DNA from: Perkinsus olseni
Taxonomy: Eukaryota
DNA length: 41,828 nt
Assembly: GCA_013115125.1 (NCBI GenBank)
Contig: JABANN010000295.1
Location: 1 to 41,828 of the forward strand
Direction: 5' to 3'
Under the pieces are notes generated by a model. That model was not told the origin of the DNA and did no database searches. It saw nothing but the letters and a program-made list of their open reading frames with translations. This document shows positions 1 to 12,087 of the stretch, one piece after another. The stretch's first letter is position 1. Each line of letters opens with the position of its first letter. Position numbers and translations under genes: made by a program.

Positions 1-163
1 GCACGCATGCGCATACCACACTGCACGCATATACAAGGCAGAACTTGGCAGTCAGTGCGCATCAATCCTCAATACCCTCAAGGTAAAACATGATGAACTC
101 TATGGCACACAGTATTCGTCATCGAGTACTCGAGAAGGACTTCGATCGGCGAGAGGAAAAAAA

Positions 164-1639
164 CTAAAGTTTTGAGGTCCATCGACGTCCTAAGGTTGTC
201 TCGTCACGAACAGTCGCACAGCCGCCGTTCACCAGGACATCCTCACGAAGGCGCGATGCAAGAAAAATTATTGCGCAGAAACAGCGATAGGACTCGTAGC
301 AACTGGACAGATATCATTCACACGGTAGACTGCAAACTGAGCAGCCCCTCCACATACTCGGAGAGCTTATTCACGGGATTCTCCTTCAGTTTCAACAGGC
401 TGCTCTCTCGGCCTCCACTTTCCAGAAAACGTACCGTCAGGAAGTACCTGAGGGACGAACACTACTGGAATTAAATACGACAGGGAATGAGCGCCCATCC
501 ACTGCTACCCCTCCTTGAAAGACGCGATCTGTCGCGCCGGCGCGAAAGGGTATAAACACTCGGCGAGGCTTCCAAGCAGGTCACATAGAGGCGGCCGAAA
601 GTTCAGCCATACAGCCGGAAAAGGACAGTAGCGTACGACTTTCGTCGGGTCGTGGTCATCGGGTACAGCAAACAGGTGCGAGAAGAAGCCGTCCGCCGAT
701 GGAAAATTCTGAGGGAGAACTCAGTGGATTTCAGTCGGCCGTTACAGCGGTAGTGGTTACATCAAGAGCAACCGTCTGTGTGAAGAACGGCGGTATACAG
801 ATGACAGCGCTGATCACTCTACAGAACTCCTCGAATGTCGCTGGGCACTTTAAACAGACAGGCGTCGGCCAGGGTCGGAAGGAAGTGATACCGAAAAATA
901 GCTGTTGACTATGACATCGTTGTTGCAACTGAGAGAACATCATAAGCATAAAGACACGTTCCCCTCTACTGTGTTCTACGAGCGAGTTTCACTACCACGA
1001 ATATTACCGTTTCTTCGGTAAGCCCGGCACAAGCTTTCAGCTCATCCACCAGCATCCGTGCGAACCACGAGACGTCCATCATGTAGCAGTTTCCGACGCC
1101 CTCACGAAGGACTCTAGCTCGACAACGGAAAACTGAGACACTACTTGAGCTCTAGGTAGCCCATACAAATCTACTTACGAGCCAAGCTCACAGCAACAAC
1201 ATCCAATTCCGGCGAACAGAGTAGAAGAGCTCCAATGGCTGATCCAGATATTGCAGTCACCCTCAACGCACTGAAAGTCGAGAGAATGATGCAACTCCGA
1301 AGAAGCAAGAATGGTTGACATTTACCTGATATCAACGTAGTCTCTGAGGGCTGCAACTGAGCCCAGCATGTAACCCATGCGAAGGCCACTACCGCCCAGT
1401 GCCAGAGTGGGCCTGTCGTCGACCACTGTCTCAGAGGTCTCCTTCTGTCGGGCTCTCCTTCGACGAGAGATACCCAGCGCAATCAAACCGCCAGCACTAA
1501 CGGCAACCGCCGCACCCAGAAGGTTTCGCTCGGACAGCCTCTGACACTTCTCCGAAGAAGCTAGTAGCTGCACCAACTTCAGACATCCCGCCCACTCGCT
1601 GTGGGCACTCCGAGCAAGGGAAATCGATGATGAGGACAT
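164..1639 (-). CDS. Patatin-like phospholipase (PNPLA/ATGL-like), multi-exon
   Basis: The spliced translation has a Gly-rich loop (LALGGSGLRMGYMLG), a nucleophile-elbow-like segment (TAISGSAIGAL), SAVICIPPFF, a DGx motif (ADGFFS) and the PNPLA-like tail SFKEGYFLTVRFL. ATG at 1639, TAG at 164-166. Confidence 0.75.
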
Positions 1640-1782
1640 CGGTGGAAAATAACGAAAAGGCTACACTTCGCCAGCAACGATCGAACTGGACGTTCTGGGC
1701 ACCCCAAAACAAACTTCTCTGTCTCATAACAACAGCTGCAACGGCAGTGCTTATCATGCATCAACTTATGACTATCACAACC

Positions 1783-4059
1783 CTATATCGACGGACATCG
1801 GTGAAGATAGGGCATATTGCTCGGATCGAACTGAAAGACACAATCAGCCGTTTTACTGCTGCCGCCGTGGCTCTCTGCTTACTTCTCGTTGTACGCTAGC
1901 ATCCTCGCTAACCACCACTAAGGGACTTGCAACCGGCTTGGTCTTCACCTCCTGTAGGGCTCTGAGGCTGGCTGAGGATCTCGCCATAACAGACCCCTCG
2001 TTGCCATCGGTCTGCGACGACAATGTCTCCAGTACGCCACGGACGGATCTTTCATTGTGGATACTTCGAATCTGCTGGACCACCCAAATAAAAGCCCTAA
2101 GAAGATGAAACTCTACCTTGTGGTTCTCCTTCAAAGCCTGGCTCACGAGACTCTGCGTCTCATCGTCCACCGGCAACGGTTTCGAGTCCCACTCGGGTCG
2201 ACCATCCTGGTTGATCTGCCTGTACCGGTCCCTGGAAGGGCCCGGAGCAAGATGACCGGAACCAGCCTATCGACTCACCTGGTGGCACCCTCCGACGCTG
2301 CAACACTGCTCGAGAGCACGGAGTCCTCCCGTCCCTTCTGGCTCGCCGAGTCCTCGAAGCCAATGCCGCTTATTGAACCAACACCATCATCACTCTCCTT
2401 ATCACAATCTAACACCAAAAATACGCACGTTATCATTATCGATCCAATACGCGATCTGATGGCGCTCCAAAGCCCACACGGCCAACGACAGCCTCTGACC
2501 CAGTTGAATGTACAGGAAAGCTAAGCGTTCTCCGTTTGTGCTCACCATCATCCTCATCTACCACTCCAGCCTGCTCCTCTTTGAGCTCTCTCTCATACGC
2601 CTCCTGCAGGGACTTCCTGAAGCTCTCTTGTTCTCTGGTCAGCCTCCCAGCTCGATCCTGCAACATCAGATACCTCTTTACCTCAACAACGCCAAGCCCA
2701 TCATCTCGACACGAAAATCAAACAGCGATCGACTCCAACCCTCACCTTCATGACAGCCAGGGCAGTACGGAACTCCAAGTCGTTTATGTATTCATCAAAG
2801 TTGACACTCTCAGCAAACGCCAGCAGCTCCTCCTCATCAACCTGATTGCACCCCGTCCCTTTGACAATCCTGTCCCAGAACGACGACCCCACCTGAGCGG
2901 CCTCCACAGCTTGCGCTTCTGTAAGAGACCACACAGGTCGCTCCTTGGGTCCCTTGCCCGACTTTTTCTTCTTTCCACTGATTGCTTTCTCCATGCAGTC
3001 CCTGTCTGCGCAGCCCCCCTCAACGTCAGCAAGGTCTTCCTTTCGAATCCCATCATCTGCTTCACACGACTTTCTGGTATCCTCCAGTACCTGACTCAAC
3101 AACAGCATACACGATCGTTAGGCAGTAGACCAGAAACTAGTCCTCTTGATGGCACCAAGCCAGGCTTCCTTGAATATACGTGAGACCGTTTAGGAGCGGA
3201 CAGAACTACTCGACCCATCGCCGATTAATTGAGCAGGTTCTTTCTGTTCACAGATTTTACAGCAGGCGGGCCCTCTCAACACTCATCGTACCCTGCGAAC
3301 GTCCTCGCGTTGTCTCGCTGCAAATTCGCTGATCCTCTTCAGTCTCTCTTCCTCCTTCTTGACCGACTCCTCCTGAAGGACATCATTTACCGCCGATAAT
3401 CAGTGATGACCGCCAGTGGACCGGGAGGCGCCCGAGACCGACCTTCTGAGCCCGCTTAGCCGCCACGCCCTCAGCGAAGCTCTTGAGCCATTGTGTGTGC
3501 TTCCGCAGAGCCTGAGACATAACTCTATTCCCCCGCAAACTGAGAGCGGCCACAGCGCTAACTCACAGCAGTGGGAGCAGACAGTCGTTTTGACCAACAG
3601 TCAGTCGGACCAGCAACAGCGTTTGGGGGAGTCAGACCCAACTGAAGCGAACCCGATGACACTTAACAACGGACATCCCCACAAGCGATGAAGAGCCTAC
3701 CGGGTCATTATACGTCTTCGAGATTGCGGACCGGAAAGGAGGAGGTCCCTTCGACTCTAGCGCTACTCGTCGCTCCGCTTCAACATCTGCTGGTCGATTG
3801 CAGAGCATGACACCTTTGAAGTTCCCCAGACCTGCCCAACCACCACTCCTTACGGGACTATTTACACGCCCGAAGCGGCGCCTTGTAGGCTCCACGTGGA
3901 GCGGAAACAGTCCAGAGCGCGTGCTGGGGGCAATCGACAAGTATTACCCGAAGTTGGTTCGACGGGCATCGAGACGCTGGTTGAGGGAATGCCTTCAGCG
4001 GAGCCAAGCGAGACGTTCGGGTATATCGATATCGAGCCTCCCGACGCCTCAGCTGTCAT
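1783..4059 (-). CDS. Conserved hypothetical coiled-coil protein, multi-exon
   Basis: The exons give GNFKGVMLCNRP, LSRHKQWLK, PVWSLTEAQA, LLAFAESVNFDEYINDLEFRTAL, IRSIHNERSVRGVL and the C-terminus FDPSNMPYLHRCPSI* (stop 1783-1785). Start is uncertain (4059, possibly 4162). Confidence 0.7.
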
Positions 4060-4693
4060 TGGCTTGAATACTGTGTGAAGCGCTGTGATTGTCCCGTCCC
4101 TACCACACGCCGCACAAATACACTCTACTCATAGTTACAACACGATAAGCAACTTGCTGCATATCTCCGTCCCGTAGGGCCAACCAACTCGTCGACAGTG
4201 CTATCAGGGAAAAGAGAGAAGGACGATGGATTTAACAAAAAAGCGCCGAGAAGATCAGTTCAAAATGCGCTCAATGGTCAATCAATCGTGAGGAAAATGC
4301 TAGAGAGAGCAAGATTGGCAAGATCTTGCCCCAGCGCCATCACGAAAGTGATCTACCCTCGTTGTACGTTGGCAGCCTGTCAGCATCACCGATTCTCCGG
4401 CTGTCGAAGATTCAGTAACACTGATAAGTGCCCCATGGGCCCTGTGAGGTTGCACTGAGCGCACAATCACGCTTTAATCTTGTGAAGATTCATGAAGATT
4501 ATCCTCGATAGGGGACGGCTGATCATCCGCTCGCATAGGTTAGGTGCCTAGCATCCGCTGTCTCTAAGTTAGAGCTCACTTTGGACTGCTGAACTCAACA
4601 AAGCGATACTGTTAAAAAACTGCAGTTAATAGAGTTCGGACTCTGTCTGACAACAACTGAACTGCCGCAGGTCCAAGAACATCACCGCTGCCA

Positions 4694-6122
4694 TTAGGAG
4701 AGCCTAAACCAACACACTGTCCACAACAGGAAAAAAGCAAAGCCCGAGAGTACGTATATATCTTCGGTCCGCGTTTGCTTCCTGCCAGGAGAATCGTAGC
4801 CTCTAGCCTTAAGAAGCCAGTCGTCTGATTGTGAATCCGAGAGCTCCACATAAAACCTGTCGGCCGTCGGTGAAAGTCGGCAACTCGATTGGCACACTTC
4901 TGAACCTGAACGGGGACATGAGATGCTCGCGTCCGAGCCCCATGCTTCGGTACGGAGAGAACGGGATACTAGCAACAAGTACAGTCACACAGTGCCATCC
5001 GTCCCATCTCACATGAGGGACTGGCCTTGGTGACACGTCCAACTACAGATTCGTTCTCATCAAGGATGACAAACCGCACATGCCGGCACGCGCCGATGCA
5101 GAAGCAACACGACGTGCAACAACAGAGGACGGGTATTTGACAGCCGCTGCCTGAGAATGACGATTATTTTCCCAGCGACACGCCCACATCAAAAGTGGCG
5201 CTGCTCACCGGTTATGTAAAACCGTTCTGACTCTACGAGCTCGTCGCCAGGCAGCTCTATTTCCAGCCTCATCGAACCCGAAGGAAAACAGAAGAGGCAC
5301 TCCCTAGTGCAGTCCCGAATGCTGCCAATGACACTTCCAGCGTCAATCTCCCTCACAGTGAGCGTGTCACCATTGGCTGAGGCTTGCAAGAACGGCACCT
5401 GGGTAATGCTTCACTCAACGTCACTCGATAAACACAAATTCTCACCAGCGTGGGAGTGACGGGTCTCAAAAGGTCGACGGTGAAGTTGACCGGCCGCGAG
5501 TGCGGTGGCGAGCACCACGCCGTCCACAAGCCATCCCAAGCCTGTCTACCGCGGAAGACCTCCCTCCCTGACCCAGGGCGTCGCTCTGAAACGCAGATCT
5601 CGCCGTTGACCCCCGGTGAAGCCGATGCCTACGCTGTGTTATCGGATCTATCGAGCCTGGAGCATCTTCGCTGTGTTCAATCACTTTGTATTCATTCCCG
5701 AGCACTACAGTGCAGCACATCGGCACCAGGCAGGGGTAAAAACTGACGACCAGCCGAGCGGAAGTTCACCCGATTCACCGACAGCCGACGACCACCACCT
5801 ACACGTCGCCCACCGGTACCGACTGTGCAACAGTGAACTCGCGTTGTAGAAATGCAGTTGATATCATAAACCGGCCACTTCGAGTCTCCCTGAGGTCACA
5901 TGAGTGCACTGGAGACAATGGCAACGGGAGCGCTCGCCTCACACAGCATCAGCTCCAATGTACTCTGACGGCATCTCGTTTTGGGTCGGGGGAAAACTCA
6001 CGGTCTGAGGTTGCCCTAATACATTATGGCTATTCATAGAAAATAAGATACTACACAAGACAGGGGGCGCTGATGCAACATCCTCAACGAGAGCAGCCAG
6101 ATCCCCATACCTCCCAGCTCAT
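4694..6122 (-). CDS. Hypothetical protein, possibly phospholipid scramblase/Tubby-C-like fold
   Basis: A chain of GT-AG-bounded exons runs from MSWE|YLISMNSH through VDLLRPVTP, TLTVREIDAGSVIGSIRDC and TADRFYVEL to a hydrophobic C-terminal helix (YVLSGFAFFLLWTVCWF*). The family assignment is weak pattern similarity only. Confidence 0.45.
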
Positions 6123-6285
6123 GGTCCATGAGTCACGGACGCGCGGTCCAACTGCACTGAGCAGAGCGTGAACTCCCAACCCCGAAATGAAGCATCCTGT
6201 TACTGAACGAGCACATACATTAGACAGTTGGATAGAAACCTTTACGTTGACGTTATTGACAGTGGCATATGGTAAAGTCACGCAT

Positions 6286-9200
6286 CTACTCCTCATCCAC
6301 GATCTTTTGGTACTGGGCCGCGAAAGTGGCATGAGCCGATGGCGGCAAGTCTTGGAGTGCCCTCCAGTACCTATCCCGTAGCACGTGCGCCACCGAAGTC
6401 CCCAGCCCAGTCCCTTACAATGCCGAGTCGCCCGCCTTGCTCGTTGCGTACTTCAACCACCACTCCACCAACTCCGGCAGCATCGACGGCACAGATGACA
6501 GCAGCGAGATGATGGACTCGAACAAACGTTTCTGTTCCCGCACGGAGATATCTTCACCGGCCAACAGCTAACAAGGGACTTCCTCTCGGACGCAGGCGGC
6601 ATGCCATTGTCTTACGCATTCCGCACAGGGGACGGCGACCCGGGCGAGCTGCTCCTTAGTCCACTTCGCTACTGCAGCGTTCCGACGACTCTTAGCCTCA
6701 GCGAGGCAGTCCCTAGCGAGCTCCTCGGCGGCCTCTCGGGACTTAGCTGTCGCCAGATAAGCAGTGCAGACCTAAGTGGACGGAGGAGGCGGTGGAAAGG
6801 TGGTAAGCTCAGCGGCGAGTCACCTGGCCACAGCACTCCGGCTTGGAGCACAGTAGTAGACCGAAGACATGGTCCTGACCAGCCTCCATCACATGGGGCA
6901 GGAACGCCTCGGCCGCTTCCGCGCCTGATAAACGCAACCCTTCATGAAGCGAACCCAACGTGGCACGCCGGCTCCCGAAAGCCTTCAGCAGAGCTAGTGG
7001 TGTCAGAAAGGCGTCCTTCCAATGCATAGCCTGAGCCCAACGCTAACCTCCCACCCAGCGATCGATGATGAGAGCTGTCTTGAAGCCAAGCATTGATGTC
7101 CGTCTTGCATCCCATCTTAGAGCCTATGACCAGCAAGTCAACTCCCTGGGTGGAGGGCTTCAGGCACTCCTCCTCGACGTGGGCAACAACTTCCTGCGGC
7201 GCCAGCAGGCTTGGGCTCAGCGTCTGATAGTCACCGAGCGGAGAGTCCCATGGAGCAGCTAGACAATAGAAGTACCTTAGCGCCTTCGATCAACGCAGCG
7301 AGCATATCACCAGAAGCCTGCTTGGCGAATGACCAGAGGACGGTGGCTGCCAATTCTGGATCCACCGTTACTGCCGGAAGGGCTGCCCAAACATCGTCTT
7401 CCTTGTCTTCAGCGTCTGCAATGATACGAAACTCGAACACTATCGGAAAACACTAGAGGCTCCTCGCCTACTGTCTGCGTTGCTCGACTCTCCGGTAGTT
7501 GCATCATCCAGGATGAACGCTCTTGATTTCAGACAGAACGTCACGAAGGCCTTCAGCCGCTCCACCGACTCGGCGTCCACGATGGAGCTCACAGCCTAAT
7601 GAGATAGCCAAAATATTCCCTCGATGAGGAGCCATCCATTCATTACCCGTGTTAGCCTTTTTTCGCTCGCTCCTTCCGGTCCCTGCCACTTGAGACGCCA
7701 CTCAACCTCCGCCAGCTGAGGATACTCCTTCGACTGCTCTACGCAGGCGCTAATGGCCGATACCTGACGTATGGTACGGTGCAACCGAGCATGAACCGTA
7801 CTCGAACTGGCAGTCTCTACGGGGCAGCGCTCAACGTACTAAACATGGTTGCGCTCGATGCGCCACTCGAATGATTCGTTGCCTGCCCTACGAATAATCT
7901 CATCTCCCATCAGCGCGCGAGAACTTCCGAGATCTCTCGATTGTCGGCGATGGCGAAAGGCTACAGTGACGTCGCTACTACCATCAGATCGCCCAGACCA
8001 GCCACTTCCCGCCCAGCCGCAGATACTGATTCTTGCAGTCTCAGTACAACATCGAGAAAGTGCAATAGCTGCAAAAATAGGCTCGAGTCCTTCCGGAGAA
8101 AGAAGCAGTACTACGAAGCGCGGAAGAGACGGGGTTCCGGCCAGATCCGACACTCCATGCTTGAAGAGAACTTCTAGGACTGCGCAAGATACCTGCGTGA
8201 AGGATAGAGGAAATGATCGAGCATCTCTAGTGCAAGTGTATACCTCCTCGTTGCCTTTGAGAGATCTGTTCAGAGCAACCGCCTCTAGCTTGATGAATGC
8301 CGAGAGCAGCTCGGCCCTACCGTTCGTCCCAGGTGGTACAACGCGTAGGGCTCGTTGCATCAGGGACCTACGGATCCGTCGTCGATTGACGTGCACGGAA
8401 GGAACGAACCGCGGAGGAGAACTGCACATTCCCTATACTACCTTGCATTGTGAAGATGGCCGAGGCGGACCTCACGGTCACAGGCGATCAACCATAGGCC
8501 ATGGTCCGAAGGGAAGTAGCGCAAAGCACGCATTACGATCTTCAACAGCATTTTAGTGCCTACCGACGATCGGAAGATACGGCAAGTCCAGCAGGCACCA
8601 GTGACGTGTCAAAAGTCTAGGGTACGACGAGTGTGGTACTTACTTCCTGAGTCCATGCAGTACTGTAGATAATGGTACCATAAAGGAAGATCCTTCGACC
8701 CGAAGCGAGCTAGGCACCTGAATGGGATACGATATAGTCCACCAGTTGAGAATAATCCGAGCTCAGCCCGAAAGAGTCGGTGCAAGGACCGCCGTATCAT
8801 CCGCATCTGCGTTGTATCGAACCACCAACCGCGGAGAACTACTCATCTATCCCCGCATAATCGCTACTACCTGTCGTATATGCTGTGGATGCGGCGCTGT
8901 ATCGAAATGTCCGAAATACTGCGTTTACGAACACTATCCTTTATCCCGGCTAATCTGAGAGAGGCCCGCAATTCTTCGTGACACACAGGTAAGAAGGCAG
9001 GCTTGCGCTCATTGATACTACCTCTTCCGCCGCGTGTTCTCCACCTTAACTTCGTGCTTAATGTACTTGAGAAATCTGACCGAGTCGTTTCAGTACACCC
9101 TGTGGGCTCCGCGGGACTGCCTCCCTCGAGTTCTACAGTTCCCAACTTACTGGGCTTTGGTGCAATTGCCAGCTTGGAGTTCGTACTCCATATTGCGCCG

Positions 9201-9377
9201 TTTCTTCACGATTTCTCTGAGCTCCTTGACAGTGAAAACCTGACGGAGGGAGCCTTGCCATTCAATGGCCGTTTGAGACAGCCTCTCCCCCATCCCCTTC
9301 AGCCTTACCCCTTTCTCTTGCAGGTCCATGAGCTCAGGAAGCATTGCTTCCATATTCTCCTGTACGACGTCAGACAT
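6286..9377 (-). CDS. UTP6: U3 snoRNA-associated protein 6 (HAT-repeat SSU processome factor)
   Basis: The N-terminus MSDVVQENMEAMLPELMDLQEKGV|FTVKELREIVKKRRNMEYEL matches the Utp6 N-domain. HAT-like segments follow (DLPLWYHYLQYC, RALRYFPSDHGLWL, MQRALR), and the C-terminus is YWRALQDLPP...IVDEE* (stop 6286-6288). Confidence 0.85.
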
Positions 9378-9631
9378 GACAGGATAGGATCATTAACAAG
9401 CTGTCACAATGTTAGTGTTGATAGAGACGTTGAGAAGGCGGCTTATGTCACGTCACGCGCAGTCTGGGCCAATTACAGACTTACAGCCAACAAGTCCTCG
9501 CGCCTTCAGTGCTCCTGCGGCGTGTGTCCAATCGATGCCTGACTTCTGAACAATGTTTCCCTACTGGGACGTTTACCTAGAGCACAAACTCTCCTATTTT
9601 ATGTCCATCGGGCCGTTAGTATTACACCAGA

Positions 9632-9703
9632 GACCTCGTGGCGCAATGGAAGCGCGTCGGTTTCCGGAGCCGAAGGTTGCGGGTTCAAGTCCCGCCGGGG
9701 TTA
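9632..9703 (+). tRNA. tRNA-Arg (anticodon CCG)
   Basis: Full cloverleaf: acceptor GACCTCG/CGGGGTT, D arm GCGC-AATGGAA-GCGC, anticodon arm TCGGT-TTCCGGA-GCCGA, T arm GCGGG-TTCAAGT-CCCGC. Confidence 0.95.
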
Positions 9704-9928
9704 TTTAGTCTTGGCTGTCGCAGCACAATGTTGGGTTTTCTTATTCGCAAGTCTGAAGGATAGTGTACTAGCCTACGGCACACAGAAGAGCAGTAGGATT
9801 CGGCGTTTTCTGAGTGAGGGCGCTAGAGGCCTCAGCAATTCATTCTCTGAGAGCCACTTACCAATACTTCTCTTGTGGATAGTCCCCTTAAATCTTTTGA
9901 AGTCCTAGTAGTTTTTACTCTCCATCTC

Positions 9929-11816
9929 ATGGACAAGGATACAATGCCTTCTAACGAACGCTCGAACTCGCTGATGACGGAAGCCATCAGTCGCGCCGCT
10001 GTTATCGGAGGCGGAAGTTTCGGTACAGCACTCGCTTTGGTTCTTGCTAGAAAGGGATGTGAAGTATCGGTTTGGGCGAGGACTGAGGAGCAGTGCCAAA
10101 GGGTAAGCATAGAGAGCGTACGTTAGTCTCCTAAGGCTCCCTTTTTCTCTTCGGTATTTTTCTCATGTATATGAGAGAACGGAAGTGACACACACCTACG
10201 AGTGCTCTACGTCTGATCTGTTTTGTTGGCGATCGATTGACCATTGATTAGGTTAACGAAACCCGTGAGAATAAGAATTATATGCCAGGCGTCACCCTTC
10301 CAGAGTCCATCCATTGGACGAATTCCGTGGAAGAAGCCGTGGAAGGTGAGACCTCGTAGTCAGGCTCGTCCGTTCTTCGTACTAAACTCTCGATTTTTGA
10401 CTTGGTTTTTGCGCGTTGTCCAGGGATAGTCGGATCCCCTCGTTCTTCTCAGACGTCGAAATGGTGCTCCTCGTCATACCAACACAATTCCTAAGGAACT
10501 TCGTAGCATCTAACAGGTAGTTTTGAAATACGATAATATGGTCGCGAGTCACGCCTGCCAGGCGTCTTGCATCTAGAGCATTTCTCGCTTTTCTAATAGG
10601 TTGTTTGACTTAGGGCAATCCTCCCTGTCGGCGTTCCCATTGTCCTCTGTGCGAAGGGTATTGAGGTTGACTCGCTGGAAACTCCGTATCAAATCGTTGA
10701 GGATGAGCTCCCTGGTAAGCGCACGTCTGGAAGTCTTGTAGTGCGGTTGCCATGATCTGCGGTGGCAAGTTGATCACTCGGAGCCTAATCCGTCGCCTTG
10801 CCTTATGAATGCTGCTGTGTCGTTCATCTGGGGTTCTAACACCGTTCAACGGGTTCCCATATTAGGTAAATACAGCAAGTACCTAGCCGTCCTCGCTGGC
10901 CCTTCGTTTGCTAAGGAGATGGCTCAGAATCAACCCACGAACGTCACTGTAGCCTCGAAGAACAGAGAAGTCGCTACGAGGGTAGGGCCTACTTATCCAC
11001 AAGCCTGTGCCGCCGTCTCGGGAGAGCCGCTGAGTAGAGTTTTGCTAGTGTAGTTCTGTGTGGCAGGTACAAAGTCAGCTGTCCAGCCGAGAAGCTAACT
11101 TCCGTGTTTACACTTCTGATGATTTTATCGGCTGCGAGATTTGCGGTGCCGTCAAGAATGTAGGCGATTCCCTCTGACCGGATTCGCCGTAGACTCCTGC
11201 GTTTCGGTGTAGGTGCTTGCTATTGCTTCTGGAGCTTCCACTGGTTTGGGGTTCGGTAACAACACCAGAGCAGCGCTCATATGCCGAGGCCTTGCGGAAC
11301 TCAATCGCTTAGGTGAGCCTCGATAACTAACAGCTGTATTCAACCCTCCGCTGCCTTCGATTGGGAGCGGAACATTTGTCCCTGGTTTCAGCGAGAAAGA
11401 TGGGATCCAACTCAAAGTGTATGTCGGGGTTGGCTGGCGTTGGCGATTTGTTGCTGACCTGTTCTTCCGAGCTTTCCCGGAACTTTACGGTAGGATACCC
11501 GGGGTGTTCGGAGCTGGTGACCCGCTGCGTTGTTCTTAGGTCGGCTATCGACTTGCCAAAGGAGAGACGCTGGAGGAGATCAATTCCTCAATGAAGAGCG
11601 TGGCGGAGGGAGTGGCCACTGCGAAGAGTCTGTGGACACTGGCTGATCAGTTGGACGTTGACATGCCTATCAGTAAGCGCTTCAAGGCGTGAACCCTCGG
11701 ACGTGTATTGAACCTCTATCGTCGTAGGTGGCGAGGTGTACAAGGTGCTCTATGAAGGGAAAGACGTTAGAGAAGCTCTGACACTACTGCAGAGCCGTCC
11801 CCTTCGGGAAGAGTAG
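9929..11816 (+). CDS. gpsA: NAD(P)H-dependent glycerol-3-phosphate dehydrogenase (GpsA type), multi-exon
   Basis: Rossmann motif [13 protein letters not shown], then [67 protein letters not shown] and VAEGVATA. Ends PLREE* (TAG 11814-11816). First ATG could also be 9944. Confidence 0.95.
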
Positions 11817-12087
11817 AGCATCAACGGCAGCGACCTATGCCCAGTTTTTACGCTTTCACAGGCAGGTGGTTGTCGCTGTATCGAACTCTGTATTTCACTT
11901 CCAACTCTTAGTAAATACTTGTTTCTCATCCGTCACTCATACTGGTGTTGATTAGTTTGCTGGAGGGAGCACAGTCGTGGTGAGCGACGCTGACGGGACG
12001 ACCCGTGAGTGCTTCGATGCGCACGGAAGCTGCCTGTCGGACTCTTGACCCGCAGTCGTTGATTTACGGTCAGCTGCACGACCACTA

